Positions 20,905-30,946 of a stretch of DNA of 64,000 nt are shown here, piece by piece. The translations under genes were made by a program, and so were the position numbers. Origin of the DNA: an uncultured Pseudomonadota bacterium (lineage in GTDB: Bacteria; Pseudomonadota; Alphaproteobacteria; Rhizobiales; Xanthobacteraceae). Location: assembly GCA_963819955.1 (NCBI GenBank), contig CAWFYB010000002.1:413917-477916 (forward strand). Direction: 5' to 3'. How positions within the stretch are numbered: position 1 is the stretch's first letter; each line of letters begins with the position of its first letter. The notes under the pieces are model-generated. The model did no database searches. It was given only the letters and a program-made list of their open reading frames with translations, and was not told the DNA's origin.

Positions 20905-21480
20905 ACATCCCGCCTCGTACCGAGGGGTGTCTGTACAGCATCTTCAGACACGGGGCGGGGAGCGGTGGCCGGGGAATGACTTGCATCGGAGATGCGGTGC
21001 GAGGGCCCGGCGGTCCAAGCCGCATGTGTCCCGGCGCGCCTGCCGCGCGCCACTGGGCCCCGTGATGGCGGAGTCGGCAACCGGTCACAGGTTCGCCGGC
21101 CCGACCTGGGCCCGAGAGCGGTGGATAGGCGGCCTTCCAATTCGATCAGGAGAGGCGGGTCGCCTGAAAGGTCAGTCCACCGGGGGCCATGCGGAGCAAG
21201 CCTATAAACACCGCGCGCGGGACGCCTTGGGAATGGCGGACTTGCGGATTTTACCTCCCGAGCGTGACGGCGCGAAGGAGGGCGCCTCGATGCCGTGAGG
21301 CGTCGAGGCCTGCGGGTCCGAGCATTTTTGTTTGCGCACACTGCGTAAACTTGAGTGCGCCCCGGACCCCTGGCGTCCCGCGCGCCCTCGGTGCTTTTTT
21401 CCGGGAGGCCGGCGGCAGGAGACAGACGACGGCTTCCCCCGGGCCGACCAAATCAACAGGGGCGGCGGAGCGTTGGCTTT
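20905..21480 (+). ncRNA. Candidate large structured non-coding element (ncRNA or non-autonomous mobile repeat)
   Basis: No credible ORF; perfect 14-bp long-range helix 21213-21226/21372-21385 plus nested stems; TATCAT just upstream. Strand is tentative. Confidence 0.5.
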
Positions 21481-21485
21481 TCGCG

Positions 21486-21646
21486 GTCATTCCGGGGCGC
21501 GAGCGCAGCGAGCGAGCCCGAATGATACTCCGCAGCAACAATTTTCAGTGAGGGCGCAGCGAAGTGGTCAATGACGGCTTTGCCACATCCGACGACTGCG
21601 GCGTATGGATTCCGGGTCCGGCGCTAACGCGCCGTCCAGGAATGAC
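21486..21646. repeat. Intergenic palindrome, family B
   Basis: GTCATTCCGGGG...TGGATTCCGGG...GGAATGAC, same termini as 19825-19945. Confidence 0.8.
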
Positions 21647-21651
21647 GAGGG

Positions 21652-23076
21652 TCACTCCGCCGCGTCGGCCTGACGCTCGCCGAGCCAGCGCGCCAGATCG
21701 GCGAGCGCGCGCGCGCTCAGCGCAGCTTTACGCGCCAGATTCTTGGCCGAGCCGCGGCCGAATTTGCGCGCGTCATCGCGATCGTAATCGGCGGGCTCGG
21801 CCAGCGGCGGGAACAGGCCGAAATTCACGTTCATCGGCTGGAACGAAGCGGGCCCCGCATCGATGGTCTCGATATGGCCGCCGGTGATATGCGCGAGCAG
21901 CGCGCCATGCGCCGTGCTCGGCGGCGGGCAAGCGAGCGCTTCGCCGCGCCGCTCGGCGGCGGCGAAACGCCCGGCCAATCCGCCGATGGCGGCCGACTCC
22001 ACATAGCCCTCGCAGCCGGTGATCTGCCCGGCAAAGCGCCAACGCAAATTGGCCTTCAGCCGCAGCGTGTCGTCGAGCAGCTTGGGCGAATTGAGGAAGG
22101 TGTTGCGGTGCAGGCCGCCGAGCCGCGCGAATTCGGCGTTCTGCAGGCCGGGGATGCTGCGGAAAATGCGCACCTGCTCGCCGTGCTTCAGCTTGGTCTG
22201 GAAGCCGACCATGTTGAACAGCGTGCCGAGCTTGTTGTCCTGGCGCAGCTGCACCACCGCATAGGGCTTCACCGAGGCCTCATGCGGATCGGTCAGGCCG
22301 AACGGCTTCATCGGCCCGTGCCGCAAGGTCTCGATCCCGCGCTCGGCCATCACCTCGATCGGCAGGCAGCCGTCGAAATAGGGCGTGGTGGCTTCCCAAT
22401 CATGCAACGACACTTTGTCGCCTTCGATCAGCGCGGCAACGAAGGCCTCGTACTGCGCGCGCGTAAGCGGGCAATTGATGTAGTCGGCGCCCGAGCCGCC
22501 GGGCCCGCTCTTGTCGTAGCGCGACTGGAACCAGGCCTGCCCGAAGTCGATCAAGTCGCGGTGCACGATCGGCGCGATGGCGTCGAAAAAGGCGAGCGCG
22601 TCTTCGCCGCTGAGCTTGGCGATATTGGCGGCGAGCTCGGGCGCGGTGAGCGGGCCGGTGGCGATGATGACGCTGTCCCAGTCGTCCGGCGGCAGCTTCA
22701 CTTCGCCGCGCGCGAGCGTGATGAGCGGATGCGCTTCGAGCGCCGCCGTAACCGCGGCCGAAAAGCCGTCGCGGTCGACCGCCAGCGCGCCGCCCGCCGG
22801 CACCTGGTTCAAATCGCCCGCGCGCATGATCAGCGAGCCGAGCCGGCGCATTTCCTCGTGCAGCAGCCCGACCGCGTTATGCGCGGCATCGTCGGAGCGG
22901 AACGAGTTCGAGCAGACGAGCTCCGCATAGCCGTCCGTCTTGTGCGCGGCGGTTGCGCGTTCGGGCCGCATCTCGTGCAGCGTCACCGGCACGCCGGCCT
23001 GCGCCAGTTGCCAGGCGGCCTCGGAGCCGGCCAGCCCGCCGCCGATGACGTGAACGTTTTCTTGGACGGGTTTCAC
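21652..23076 (-). CDS. trmFO: FAD/folate-dependent tRNA m5U54 methyltransferase
   Basis: [58 protein letters not shown]. Confidence 0.97.
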   Translation of the reverse strand: MKPVQENVHVIGGGLAGSEAAWQLAQAGVPVTLHEMRPERATAAHKTDGYAELVCSNSFRSDDAAHNAVGLLHEEMRRLGSLIMRAGDLNQVPAGGALAVDRDGFSAAVTAALEAHPLITLARGEVKLPPDDWDSVIIATGPLTAPELAANIAKLSGEDALAFFDAIAPIVHRDLIDFGQAWFQSRYDKSGPGGSGADYINCPLTRAQYEAFVAALIEGDKVSLHDWEATTPYFDGCLPIEVMAERGIETLRHGPMKPFGLTDPHEASVKPYAVVQLRQDNKLGTLFNMVGFQTKLKHGEQVRIFRSIPGLQNAEFARLGGLHRNTFLNSPKLLDDTLRLKANLRWRFAGQITGCEGYVESAAIGGLAGRFAAAERRGEALACPPPSTAHGALLAHITGGHIETIDAGPASFQPMNVNFGLFPPLAEPADYDRDDARKFGRGSAKNLARKAALSARALADLARWLGERQADAAE

Positions 23077-23131
23077 GTGTCATGGCCGGAAACTAGGCGT
23101 CCGGCCGGGCGCCAGCAACCTGCCCAAACGA

Positions 23132-23156
23132 AAACGCCCGCCAAAGGCGGGCGTTT
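23132..23156 (-). terminator. Intrinsic terminator of the DUF1127 gene
   Basis: AAACGCCCGCC-AAA-GGCGGGCGTTT hairpin followed by TTTTCGTTTG on the minus strand. Confidence 0.75.
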
Positions 23157-23179
23157 GCAAAACCGGCGGTGCCGGCGCT

Positions 23180-23335
23180 TTAAGCCTTGTGGCAGGCGTT
23201 CCAGGCCACGCGCTGGATGTCGGAACGGCTGATGCCGATGTCGGCAAGCTCGCGGTCGCCGAGCGCGGACAGTTCGCGCATGCTCTGATTATAGCGATGC
23301 CACTCGCGGAAGAAGCGGACAATGGTGGCTAACAT
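23180..23335 (-). CDS. DUF1127 small protein
   Basis: RELSALGDRELADIGISRSDI, 51 aa. Confidence 0.92.
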   Translation of the reverse strand: MLATIVRFFREWHRYNQSMRELSALGDRELADIGISRSDIQRVAWNACHKA

Positions 23336-23656
23336 GGGTAGTACCTCTTTCTTTCGGTCCGGCCGCTTGGCCGGGCAAATCGTTCTCCCGGAAAATAGGG
23401 ATATACGGCCGCTTGAAAAGCAATATTGTTGCGCCGCAGCAATGCGTATTTTGCATGGCTTAACTAGATGATTTTTAACCGAAATGGACAGTTTGCCGCA
23501 GGCGGCACCGGCAATGCTTTTGGCCGTGAAAAACCCGCCGGAATCGCCCTGAAAGCGGGCGGATCGTGTAGATTGCGGCGGCGGCCGGGGAGGCAAAGTT
23601 CAATGTCAGCAGGATTTCTGCCGACGATTAGGCGCGCCGTGTAGGGCATTGGTCCG

Positions 23657-24868
23657 TTGCACGGGGAAACGCATAGCTGGCGGGGCGACCGCCGCATCGT
23701 CATCACGGCGCTGGGCGCGGGCCAGATCCTGGCCTGGGGCACCTCGTTCTATTTCCCGGCGGTGTTCGCCGAGACCATCGTGCGCGACACCGGCTGGTCG
23801 CTCGGCATGGTGGTCGGCGGAACCTCGCTCGGGCTTCTGGTGGCGGGGCTGATCTCGCCGCAGGTCGGCAGACTGATAAGCCGCCATGGCGGCAGGCCGG
23901 TGCTGCTTGCGAGCTCCTTGTTCTTTGCCGCTGGGCTGGCCGGCGTCGGCCTGGCGCCGGCGCTGCCGGTCTATCTTGCCGGCTGGGTGCTGATCGGCCT
24001 CGGCATGGGCACCGGGCTATACGATGCGGTATTCGCCGCGCTCAGCCGCATGTACGGCTCAGGCGCGCGTGGGCCGATCACCAACCTCACATTGTTCGGC
24101 GGCTTCGCCAGCACCGTCTGCTGGCCGCTCAGCGCCTTCATGATCGATCATGTCGGTTGGCGGATGGCCTGTCTCATCTATGCCGGCCTGCACCTTGCGG
24201 TGTCGCTGCCTCTGCAGATGGCGGTTGTGCGCGCCACGCCGGTTGTCGAACCGGAGCCGGAACACGCCGCGGCCACGCCTTCAGATGACGAAACGCCTAT
24301 CGCCAACGAGCGCCTGGTTTTGGTGCTGGTAGCGCTGATGTTGGCGTTGGCTGCCGGCGTCGGGTCGATGGTGGTCGTCCACCTGCTCATCTTTTTGCAG
24401 GCGCGGGGCGTTGACTATGCAGCGGCGGTGGGTCTGGGCACGTTGTTCGGCCCGGCCCAGGTAGGCGCCCGCGTCGTTGAGCGCATGTTCGGCAGCCACT
24501 ATCACCCGATCTGGACCATGATCGGTTCGTGCGCGCTGATGGCCATCGGTCTTGTACTGCTGCTGGTGCAGTTTCCCATACTTGTCCTGACCATCCTAAT
24601 CTATGGCGCGGGCTTTGGGGTGTCGTGGGTCGGACGCGGCACCCTGCCGCTGGCGCTGTTCGGCCCCAAGCGGTTCCCGCTGCTGATGGGTAAGCTCGCC
24701 TTCCCGACCCTCATCACCCTGGCGCTGGCGCCCTCGCTGGGGGCGCTGCTGATCGAACGTCTTGGCGCCAATACGACAATTGCCATCTTGACCGCGCTGG
24801 CGCTGGTCAACCTGGCGCTGATCGGCGCGCTGTGGTGGCTGTGTCGGCTCAGCCCTGGGGAAGCGTGA
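23657..24868 (+). CDS. MFS transporter
   Basis: About 12 TM segments; GQILAWGTSFYFP, GMGTGLYDAVFAAL, TLFGGFASTVCWP. Confidence 0.9.
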   Translation: MHGETHSWRGDRRIVITALGAGQILAWGTSFYFPAVFAETIVRDTGWSLGMVVGGTSLGLLVAGLISPQVGRLISRHGGRPVLLASSLFFAAGLAGVGLAPALPVYLAGWVLIGLGMGTGLYDAVFAALSRMYGSGARGPITNLTLFGGFASTVCWPLSAFMIDHVGWRMACLIYAGLHLAVSLPLQMAVVRATPVVEPEPEHAAATPSDDETPIANERLVLVLVALMLALAAGVGSMVVVHLLIFLQARGVDYAAAVGLGTLFGPAQVGARVVERMFGSHYHPIWTMIGSCALMAIGLVLLLVQFPILVLTILIYGAGFGVSWVGRGTLPLALFGPKRFPLLMGKLAFPTLITLALAPSLGALLIERLGANTTIAILTALALVNLALIGALWWLCRLSPGEA

Positions 24869-25094
24869 TGGTCGCGGGTGTGTGGTGCTGGCTCGGGGCC
24901 GCGTTCAAGGAAAAGCCCATGCCCAGCAGCGCCAAGGCAAAAAGGCTGATGGCAAATCGCATTAAAATCATGACACTGGCCGCCCTGTCGGTTCGTTGTT
25001 GCGTGTTAGTAACGCCTGAGCGGGAAAAGGTTCTGTGATTGCCGTCAAGTTTTGGCGGTTTTCGGCGGGTGAGGGCGAGAGAGCGAGGATTTCG

Positions 25095-25553
25095 ATGGTT
25101 TTGTCGCTGCAGATGCTGTTTTTCGAGGATCTTTCGCTCGGCATGACCGAAAGACTGAGCAAAACCGTCAATTCCGCCGATGTGGTTGGTTTCGCCGAGG
25201 TCACCGGCGACCGCAACCCGATCCATCTGTCGGAGCATTTCGCCGCCAGGACGCCGTTCGGCACCCGCATCGCCCACGGGCTTTATACCGCCAGCCTCAT
25301 TTCGGCGGTGCTCGGCACCCGCCTGCCGGGGCCGGGGGCGATCTACATCTCGCAGACCCTGAATTTCCGCGCGCCCGTCAAGATCGGCGACACCGTCGAG
25401 GTGAGCGTTTCGGTCGCCGAATTGATGCCGGAGAAATTCCGCGCGCGGCTGGCCTGCACCTGCTCGGTGGGCGACGAAGTGGTGCTCGACGGCGAGGCCT
25501 GGGTGAAGGTGCCGTCGAAGGAGGCGGGCGGGCGCCCGCCGCCGCGGATTTAG
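25095..25553 (+). CDS. MaoC-family (R)-enoyl-CoA hydratase (PhaJ-like)
   Basis: FAEVTGDRNPIH, RIAHGL, LPGPGAIYISQTLNFRAPV. Confidence 0.92.
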   Translation: MVLSLQMLFFEDLSLGMTERLSKTVNSADVVGFAEVTGDRNPIHLSEHFAARTPFGTRIAHGLYTASLISAVLGTRLPGPGAIYISQTLNFRAPVKIGDTVEVSVSVAELMPEKFRARLACTCSVGDEVVLDGEAWVKVPSKEAGGRPPPRI

Positions 25554-25581
25554 CGCGATGACGATAGCGGCCCGCGCCGGG

Positions 25582-25959
25582 TCAGCTCCCCGGCGGCGGC
25601 GCGAAGAAACAACGCATGGCGCCGTCCGGCCGCTTGCAGCGCCAATAGGCGCCGTCCGGCGAAGGCAGCGCCTGGCTGTAGGGGATACTCTCGTTGACCT
25701 GCTGCGTCACCGTCGGGCCGTCGGCGGCATTGCCGGTGATCGCTTCGCCGTAGGTCACCGTGCCGACGATGGAATAGCCGCCGGTCATCGCGTGCACGGC
25801 TTTGGGGCTGACCACGCCGCAATCTTCGGCGCCACAACACCATTCGCCGGCCGGGTTCTTATAAGAACCGTGATTGATCCAGATGTCGTGGGCGAGAGCG
25901 GCGGAACCAAACAGGCAAACGCCGAATGCGAGGAAAGAGCAAAGCATAGCGCGCTGCAT
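25582..25959 (-). CDS. Secreted Cys-rich hypothetical protein
   Basis: Signal peptide ending ALA|HD; WCCGAEDC, SPDGAYWRC, RCFFAPP. Confidence 0.75.
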   Translation of the reverse strand: MQRAMLCSFLAFGVCLFGSAALAHDIWINHGSYKNPAGEWCCGAEDCGVVSPKAVHAMTGGYSIVGTVTYGEAITGNAADGPTVTQQVNESIPYSQALPSPDGAYWRCKRPDGAMRCFFAPPPGS

Positions 25960-26327
25960 CGGTGGCCTCCGTCAAAACCTCCCGGCGCGGCTTATGGTTT
26001 CTTGCCCTCCCTTGTCTCCAAATGGATTGCCGCCGGATTGTTTCCAAAGCGGTCAACCTCGTCGCTACCTCGCACCCGCCCAACTTTGCGACCACGCGAG
26101 CTTGTGATCAGTTGTGACGAATCGCGGCTTCATGAAAATGCTAGCACGATCCCACGGTTTCGGTAGGTAGAATTGTGCGGTGCGGTATGAACGGAATGCA
26201 TTGCTCGGGGGTCAGAGAAGTTTATGGTTTCTCAAAAGTATAAGGCGGCGTCCGGCAGGCCGGTGCTGTTCGCATGCGGGCGCTGCGCGACCTTATCGGC
26301 CCACCGCTGGTGTGGTAGGCGCACGCG

Positions 26328-27206
26328 ATGGCGCCGATGAAATCGCCCTGGCAGATCTGGCTCGACCGGCGCGGGCGGGTCTCCCCCTTGCGGCTCGCCA
26401 CGCTCACCCTGTTGCTGCTGCCGCTCGTCAAGGCGCTCTACGACGCCAACGAGATTTATCACGGCGCGCGCCCGCTCAATGACATGATCCACCGCGCGGG
26501 CTTCTGGGCGCTGGTCTTCCTCGGCGTGACGCTGGCGGTGACGCCGCTCCGGCGCATCGCGCGCTACGGCAATCTCATCGAGGTGCGCCGCATGCTGGGC
26601 GTCGGCACCTTCTGCTACATCGCCGCGCATTTGACGCTCTATATTGCCGATCAGAGCTTCGATCTCGGCAAGGTTGCGCATGAGATCACGCACCGCTGGT
26701 ATCTGATTGTGGGCGGCACCGCCTGGCTCGGCCTGGCGGCGCTCGCTTTGACCTCGACCGACGGCATGGTGCGCCGGCTCGGCGGCATGCGCTGGCGGCG
26801 CTTGCATCAAGTGGTCTACGCGATCGCGCTGCTGGCGCTCATCCATTACTTCCAGCAGACCAAGGCCGACGTCACGGTGCCGGTCTTCGCTGCCGGACTG
26901 TTCTTGTGGCTGATCGCCTATCGCGTGTTGGCCTGGTGGCAGGAGACCAGCGACTTGACGTCGCTCAGCCTGTTCGGCTTGAGCGTCGCGGTGGCGGCGC
27001 TGGTGTTCGTTGGCGAGGCGATCGGCATCGGTATCGCCTTCCACGTCTCGCCTCTGCGGGTGCTGGCGGTCGATTTCGATTTCAGCGCCGGCATCCGCCC
27101 GGGCTGGGAAGTGCTGGGCGCGGGGCTTTGCGTGGTGGCGCTCGATGTGGTGCGATCGCGCTGGGGCCGGCGGCCGGCGCGCGCTCGTGCTGTCGCCGCG
27201 GAGTAG
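26328..27206 (+). CDS. Ferric-reductase-like heme membrane protein (MsrQ/YedZ-like, extended)
   Basis: TLAVTPLRR, RRMLGV, AAHL, LALTSTD, WRRLHQVVY...IHY. Confidence 0.85.
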   Translation: MAPMKSPWQIWLDRRGRVSPLRLATLTLLLLPLVKALYDANEIYHGARPLNDMIHRAGFWALVFLGVTLAVTPLRRIARYGNLIEVRRMLGVGTFCYIAAHLTLYIADQSFDLGKVAHEITHRWYLIVGGTAWLGLAALALTSTDGMVRRLGGMRWRRLHQVVYAIALLALIHYFQQTKADVTVPVFAAGLFLWLIAYRVLAWWQETSDLTSLSLFGLSVAVAALVFVGEAIGIGIAFHVSPLRVLAVDFDFSAGIRPGWEVLGAGLCVVALDVVRSRWGRRPARARAVAAE

Positions 27207-27215
27207 GGGAGCTTC

Positions 27216-27908
27216 ATGGCAGTATTTGTTGTGGCGCATGGCGCCTGGTCGGCCGGCTGGGTCTGGAAGAAAATGCATCCGCTGATGACTAAGCGCGGCC
27301 ACCGCCTGGTGACCCCGACCTATACCGGCGTCGGCGAGCGCGTCCATCTCGCCAACCCGGACATCGATCTCGAGACGCATATCGCGGATATTCTGGGCGT
27401 GATCGAGATGGAGGATCTGACCGAGGTCAATCTGATCGGGCACTCCTATGGCGGCATGGTGGCGACCGGCGTCGCCGACCGTGCGCGCGGGCGCATCAAG
27501 CAGCTCATCTATCTCGATGCCTTCGCGCCGCATGACGGCGAGGCGCTGCTCGACCTGGTGTCGCCGGAAATGCGGTTGCAACGTCGGACGGGCTCCGACG
27601 GCTGGCGCATTCCGCCGACTCCCATGCCGCGCGATACCCCGCCGGAGGACGTCGCCTGGTGCGCGCCGCGCCGGCTGCCGCAGCCGGCCAAGACCTTCGC
27701 GCAAAAGCTCCATTTGAAAAACGGCCCGCTGACGCTGCCGCGCCATTTCATCTATTGCACGCGCATCGGGCCCGACGACCGCTTTGGACCGTTCTATGCC
27801 CGCGCCAAGCGCGAGGGCTGGGGCACCTCCGAGATCGACGCCAGTCACAACCCGCATGTCACTTGTCCGGAGGTGCTGGCGGACCTGCTCGACCGCATCG
27901 CCGGCTAG
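27216..27908 (+). CDS. Alpha/beta hydrolase (esterase)
   Basis: VAHGAW, GHSYGG, ASHNPH. Confidence 0.92.
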   Translation: MAVFVVAHGAWSAGWVWKKMHPLMTKRGHRLVTPTYTGVGERVHLANPDIDLETHIADILGVIEMEDLTEVNLIGHSYGGMVATGVADRARGRIKQLIYLDAFAPHDGEALLDLVSPEMRLQRRTGSDGWRIPPTPMPRDTPPEDVAWCAPRRLPQPAKTFAQKLHLKNGPLTLPRHFIYCTRIGPDDRFGPFYARAKREGWGTSEIDASHNPHVTCPEVLADLLDRIAG

Positions 27909-28399
27909 CTCTTTCTCGCTACCTTAGGCGCCCGATCGTGCCGGTCGCGAACCAGCCAATAGACGCAGCCGAGCGCTAGAATGGCCGCCGCCAAGGCGAA
28001 CAAAGTGAGCGCTTCGGTGTGCGAAATGTCGAGGATGATCAATTTACGCACCACGGCCAGCAGCGCGATCAGAATGACGGCGCGCACCTGAACAATGCTT
28101 TCGTGCCGTTCGGCCAGCACCAGCAGCGAGCGTTTGAATTCGAGTGCAATGATGACGGTGAAGATCATGCCAAACACGGTTTGGAAGACCTCTTGTTTGG
28201 TGGGGTCGAAAGTGTTGCGGTAGATGCCGAGCACGACATCGAGCGCCAGATACCAGAGCGCGAAAACGACGATGATGGCGATCAGGCCGATCAGGATCAT
28301 CACGCAAAACTGTTCGAATCTCTGATAGAGCGTGAGCGGCTCCAAGGCGGCCCGCAGGTCGGAAATTTCTTTTTTCAAACGCATGGGTGGCTCCATCAT
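27905..28399 (-). CDS. Phosphate-starvation-inducible PsiE family protein
   Basis: Four TM; FGMIFTVIIALEF, ILIALLAVVRKLIILD. Confidence 0.85.
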   Translation of the reverse strand: MMEPPMRLKKEISDLRAALEPLTLYQRFEQFCVMILIGLIAIIVVFALWYLALDVVLGIYRNTFDPTKQEVFQTVFGMIFTVIIALEFKRSLLVLAERHESIVQVRAVILIALLAVVRKLIILDISHTEALTLFALAAAILALGCVYWLVRDRHDRAPKVARKS

Positions 28400-28411
28400 G
28401 GCGTGACGCGG

Positions 28412-28921
28412 CTAGAGTTTGCGGCTGTCATAGGCCCAGTGCAACAGGGCCTGGCGCTGGCGGCGCCGGCACAAGAGGTCGCCGGGCTCGCAGTGCTTCT
28501 GGATCTGGCGCAGGTGGCGGCGGATCGCCTTCCAGCGCTTGATCTGCCGGGCGTCCTCGTCCGCTATGCGGCGGCCCCTAAAATAGCGGCAGTACCACTG
28601 GAACCAGCCGCGCGGATCGTCGGCATGAATCCAGCCCTTGCGCTTCCATTCCTTGAGCGGCTGGCTGGCGTCGACGCCGAAGAAATTGAGCGCGCAGTCG
28701 CGTTCGCCGCGCGCGAGCTTGGCGCGCGCAAACCAGCTCTTGGGGAATTCGCCGCGGCAGTCGGTCATGTATTTGCCGCAGAACACGCCGAGACGCAGCA
28801 TTTCGGCCGGGGTCAATTGCGGCTTGAATTCGGGAGCGAAGCCGCGGCCGACGCCCGCGCTGAGCACGTAGCGGTAGCCCTTCTGCATCTTGTCGTTGAC
28901 GGTGACGCTGCGCTTGCGCAT
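28412..28921 (-). CDS. Conserved hypothetical protein (DPRGWFQWYCRY family)
   Basis: Host-like codon usage; FKPQLTPAEMLRLGVFCGKY, EDARQIKRW, RQALLHWAYD. Confidence 0.8.
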   Translation of the reverse strand: MRKRSVTVNDKMQKGYRYVLSAGVGRGFAPEFKPQLTPAEMLRLGVFCGKYMTDCRGEFPKSWFARAKLARGERDCALNFFGVDASQPLKEWKRKGWIHADDPRGWFQWYCRYFRGRRIADEDARQIKRWKAIRRHLRQIQKHCEPGDLLCRRRQRQALLHWAYDSRKL

Positions 28922-29076
28922 GGCGCGGAGGCCTAGTGCCTTGCTTGCGTCATATCAAGGCGGCGCCGGGCGCGCAGCGCCGGCGGGCGCAATAGGCGCG
29001 CGGACAATTTCTTGTCATTTGCCGGGGCTCCAAAATCGTGATCTTGTCCGCCGCCCGCCAGACAGGAACCGCCGCC

Positions 29077-29694
29077 ATGCCCGACCTCACGCTCTATCAC
29101 ATCGCGCCGTCGCGCTCGTCCATCGCGCTGTGGATGCTGGAGGAGGTCGGCGCGCCCTATGCGATCAAATTGCTCAAGATGAGCGAGGGCGACAACCTCA
29201 AGCCCGACTATCTCGCCATCAATCCGATGGGCAAGGTGCCGGCGCTTAAAGCCGGCGACGTCGTGATCACCGAAGTGGCGGCGATCTGCACCTATCTCGC
29301 CGACGAATTCCCCGCTGCCAAGCTGAACGTGCCGGTCGGCACGCCGCGCCGCGGCCTCTATCTGAAATGGCTGTTCTTCGGGCCGAGCGTGATCGAGCCG
29401 GCCATGACCGACCGCGCTTTTCCGCGCAAGGACAACCCGCGCGCCTCGGCGGTCGGCTGGCGCGACTTCGCCATGGTGCTCGACATCGTGGCCGAGGCGC
29501 TCACCCCCGGCCCCTTTCTGATGGGCGAGCAGTTCACCGCCGCCGACGTGGTGATCGGCTCGGGCCTGCGCTACGGCATGATGTTCAAGATGATCCCGGA
29601 GCGGAAGGAGTTCTCCGACTACGTCGCGCGCATTGTCGCGCGCCCGGCGGCGCAGCGCGCGGAAGCGAAGGACAAGGAATTGGGCGCGCAGTGA
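29077..29694 (+). CDS. Glutathione S-transferase family protein
   Basis: LWMLEEVG, YLAINPMGKVPAL, GEQFTAADV. Confidence 0.93.
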   Translation: MPDLTLYHIAPSRSSIALWMLEEVGAPYAIKLLKMSEGDNLKPDYLAINPMGKVPALKAGDVVITEVAAICTYLADEFPAAKLNVPVGTPRRGLYLKWLFFGPSVIEPAMTDRAFPRKDNPRASAVGWRDFAMVLDIVAEALTPGPFLMGEQFTAADVVIGSGLRYGMMFKMIPERKEFSDYVARIVARPAAQRAEAKDKELGAQ

Positions 29695-29725
29695 ACCGCG
29701 CGCGGCCGATGCGCGACTAACCATC

Positions 29726-30589
29726 ATGACACGCCTCTTTGCCGCCGGTGCGACGCTGGCCGTCCTGCTGGCGGCGATGATTTTGCCGCGCGTGGGCGCG
29801 GCCGCCACGCCGGAAGCGGCCTATTTCGCCGCGCGCGATGCCGCAATCGCCAGAATAAAGGCCATCCGCGCCGCTCATCTGCACGGGCCGACCGCGCCCG
29901 ATGACAAGCGCGTCTTCGACGAAGACGAGCGCGCGCTCGTGCCCTTGCAAGCGCAAATGCGCGCGCTCGTCGGGCCGGTCGCCATCAAGGGCGTAACGGA
30001 GGACGGCAAGCTCAGCCTCGACGGCTTGATCGAGGGCGATCAAGGTTTCGGTATGCTCGAGGGCTTGGCCTTTGGCGCGGATGGCGGCAAGACGGGCTTC
30101 ACCGTGACGACCAAGACCATGTTCGGCCATTGGCTGCGCGAGCATAAGGAATGGTGGGGCAAGGGCTCCACCGACATTCCGCAGGAGATGAGTGCCACGC
30201 TGCGCGCCGACGCCTTTTATACGCAGGCGCTCAGTACCAACTCCGCGGTCATCCTTTACGCCGAACTGCCGGTGCACAAGCCGGCGGGCGCCGATTTGGT
30301 TTTCGCCACGCTGCCGGCACGCACGCAGGACCAGGCGCCGGCGGCGGCCAACGAGATATTTGTCGCGCTGGCGCGCGGCGGCCGCGTTTACATCGCCAAT
30401 ACGACGGCGTTCACCGCGGTCGGGCCGATCGCGGCCTGCGATGCCGTGCGCAAACAAGCGGGGGCGCCGAGCAACGAGGCGGACGACGCCTTCCTGCGCT
30501 GCTTCAAGCGCAGCGCGGCACGCGAGAAGACTTTTGCCGCCGCGACGCGGGCGGCGCAGGCGCTGATCGCGCGGCTGCCCGCGCGTTGA
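29726..30589 (+). CDS. Secreted hypothetical protein
   Basis: Signal peptide, host-like codon usage, C-terminal Cys pair. Confidence 0.7.
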   Translation: MTRLFAAGATLAVLLAAMILPRVGAAATPEAAYFAARDAAIARIKAIRAAHLHGPTAPDDKRVFDEDERALVPLQAQMRALVGPVAIKGVTEDGKLSLDGLIEGDQGFGMLEGLAFGADGGKTGFTVTTKTMFGHWLREHKEWWGKGSTDIPQEMSATLRADAFYTQALSTNSAVILYAELPVHKPAGADLVFATLPARTQDQAPAAANEIFVALARGGRVYIANTTAFTAVGPIAACDAVRKQAGAPSNEADDAFLRCFKRSAAREKTFAAATRAAQALIARLPAR

Positions 30590-30710
30590 TGACGGACGGG
30601 CGGCGGGGCCTGGGTTCCGGCGCGCCGGCCTGTGCGTAAGCCGGCAACCCCCATGGCCAAGCGGTCGCCGATGGCTATGCTGCGCCGCTGTCGTCATGGG
30701 GGTCTTTCCG

Positions 30711-30911
30711 ATGAAGCTCATCGCCTATCTGCTCGGCATCGTGCTGATCGTTATCGCGGTCGTGTATTTCGTTACGCCGGCCGACCATCTGCCCAGCTTC
30801 TTTCCCGGCCACGCGGCGGGGGTGACCCGCATGCATATGAAGCACGGCATCGTTGCGGGCGCGGTCGGTGTGGTGCTGCTGGCGATCGGCTGGTTTCTCG
30901 GGCGGCGCTAG
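30711..30911 (+). CDS. Small two-TM membrane protein
   Basis: TM-LPSFFPGH...HMKHG-TM. Confidence 0.7.
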   Translation: MKLIAYLLGIVLIVIAVVYFVTPADHLPSFFPGHAAGVTRMHMKHGIVAGAVGVVLLAIGWFLGRR

Positions 30912-30946
30912 GCTTGAAAGATCGCGCGGCGGGCGCCGATTTCCGC

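Noticed and set aside
24849-24971. Possible 40-aa secreted peptide (MILMRFAISLFALALLGMGFSLNAAP...) on the minus strand
   Set aside because: Signal-like, but too short to support without homology or expression data.
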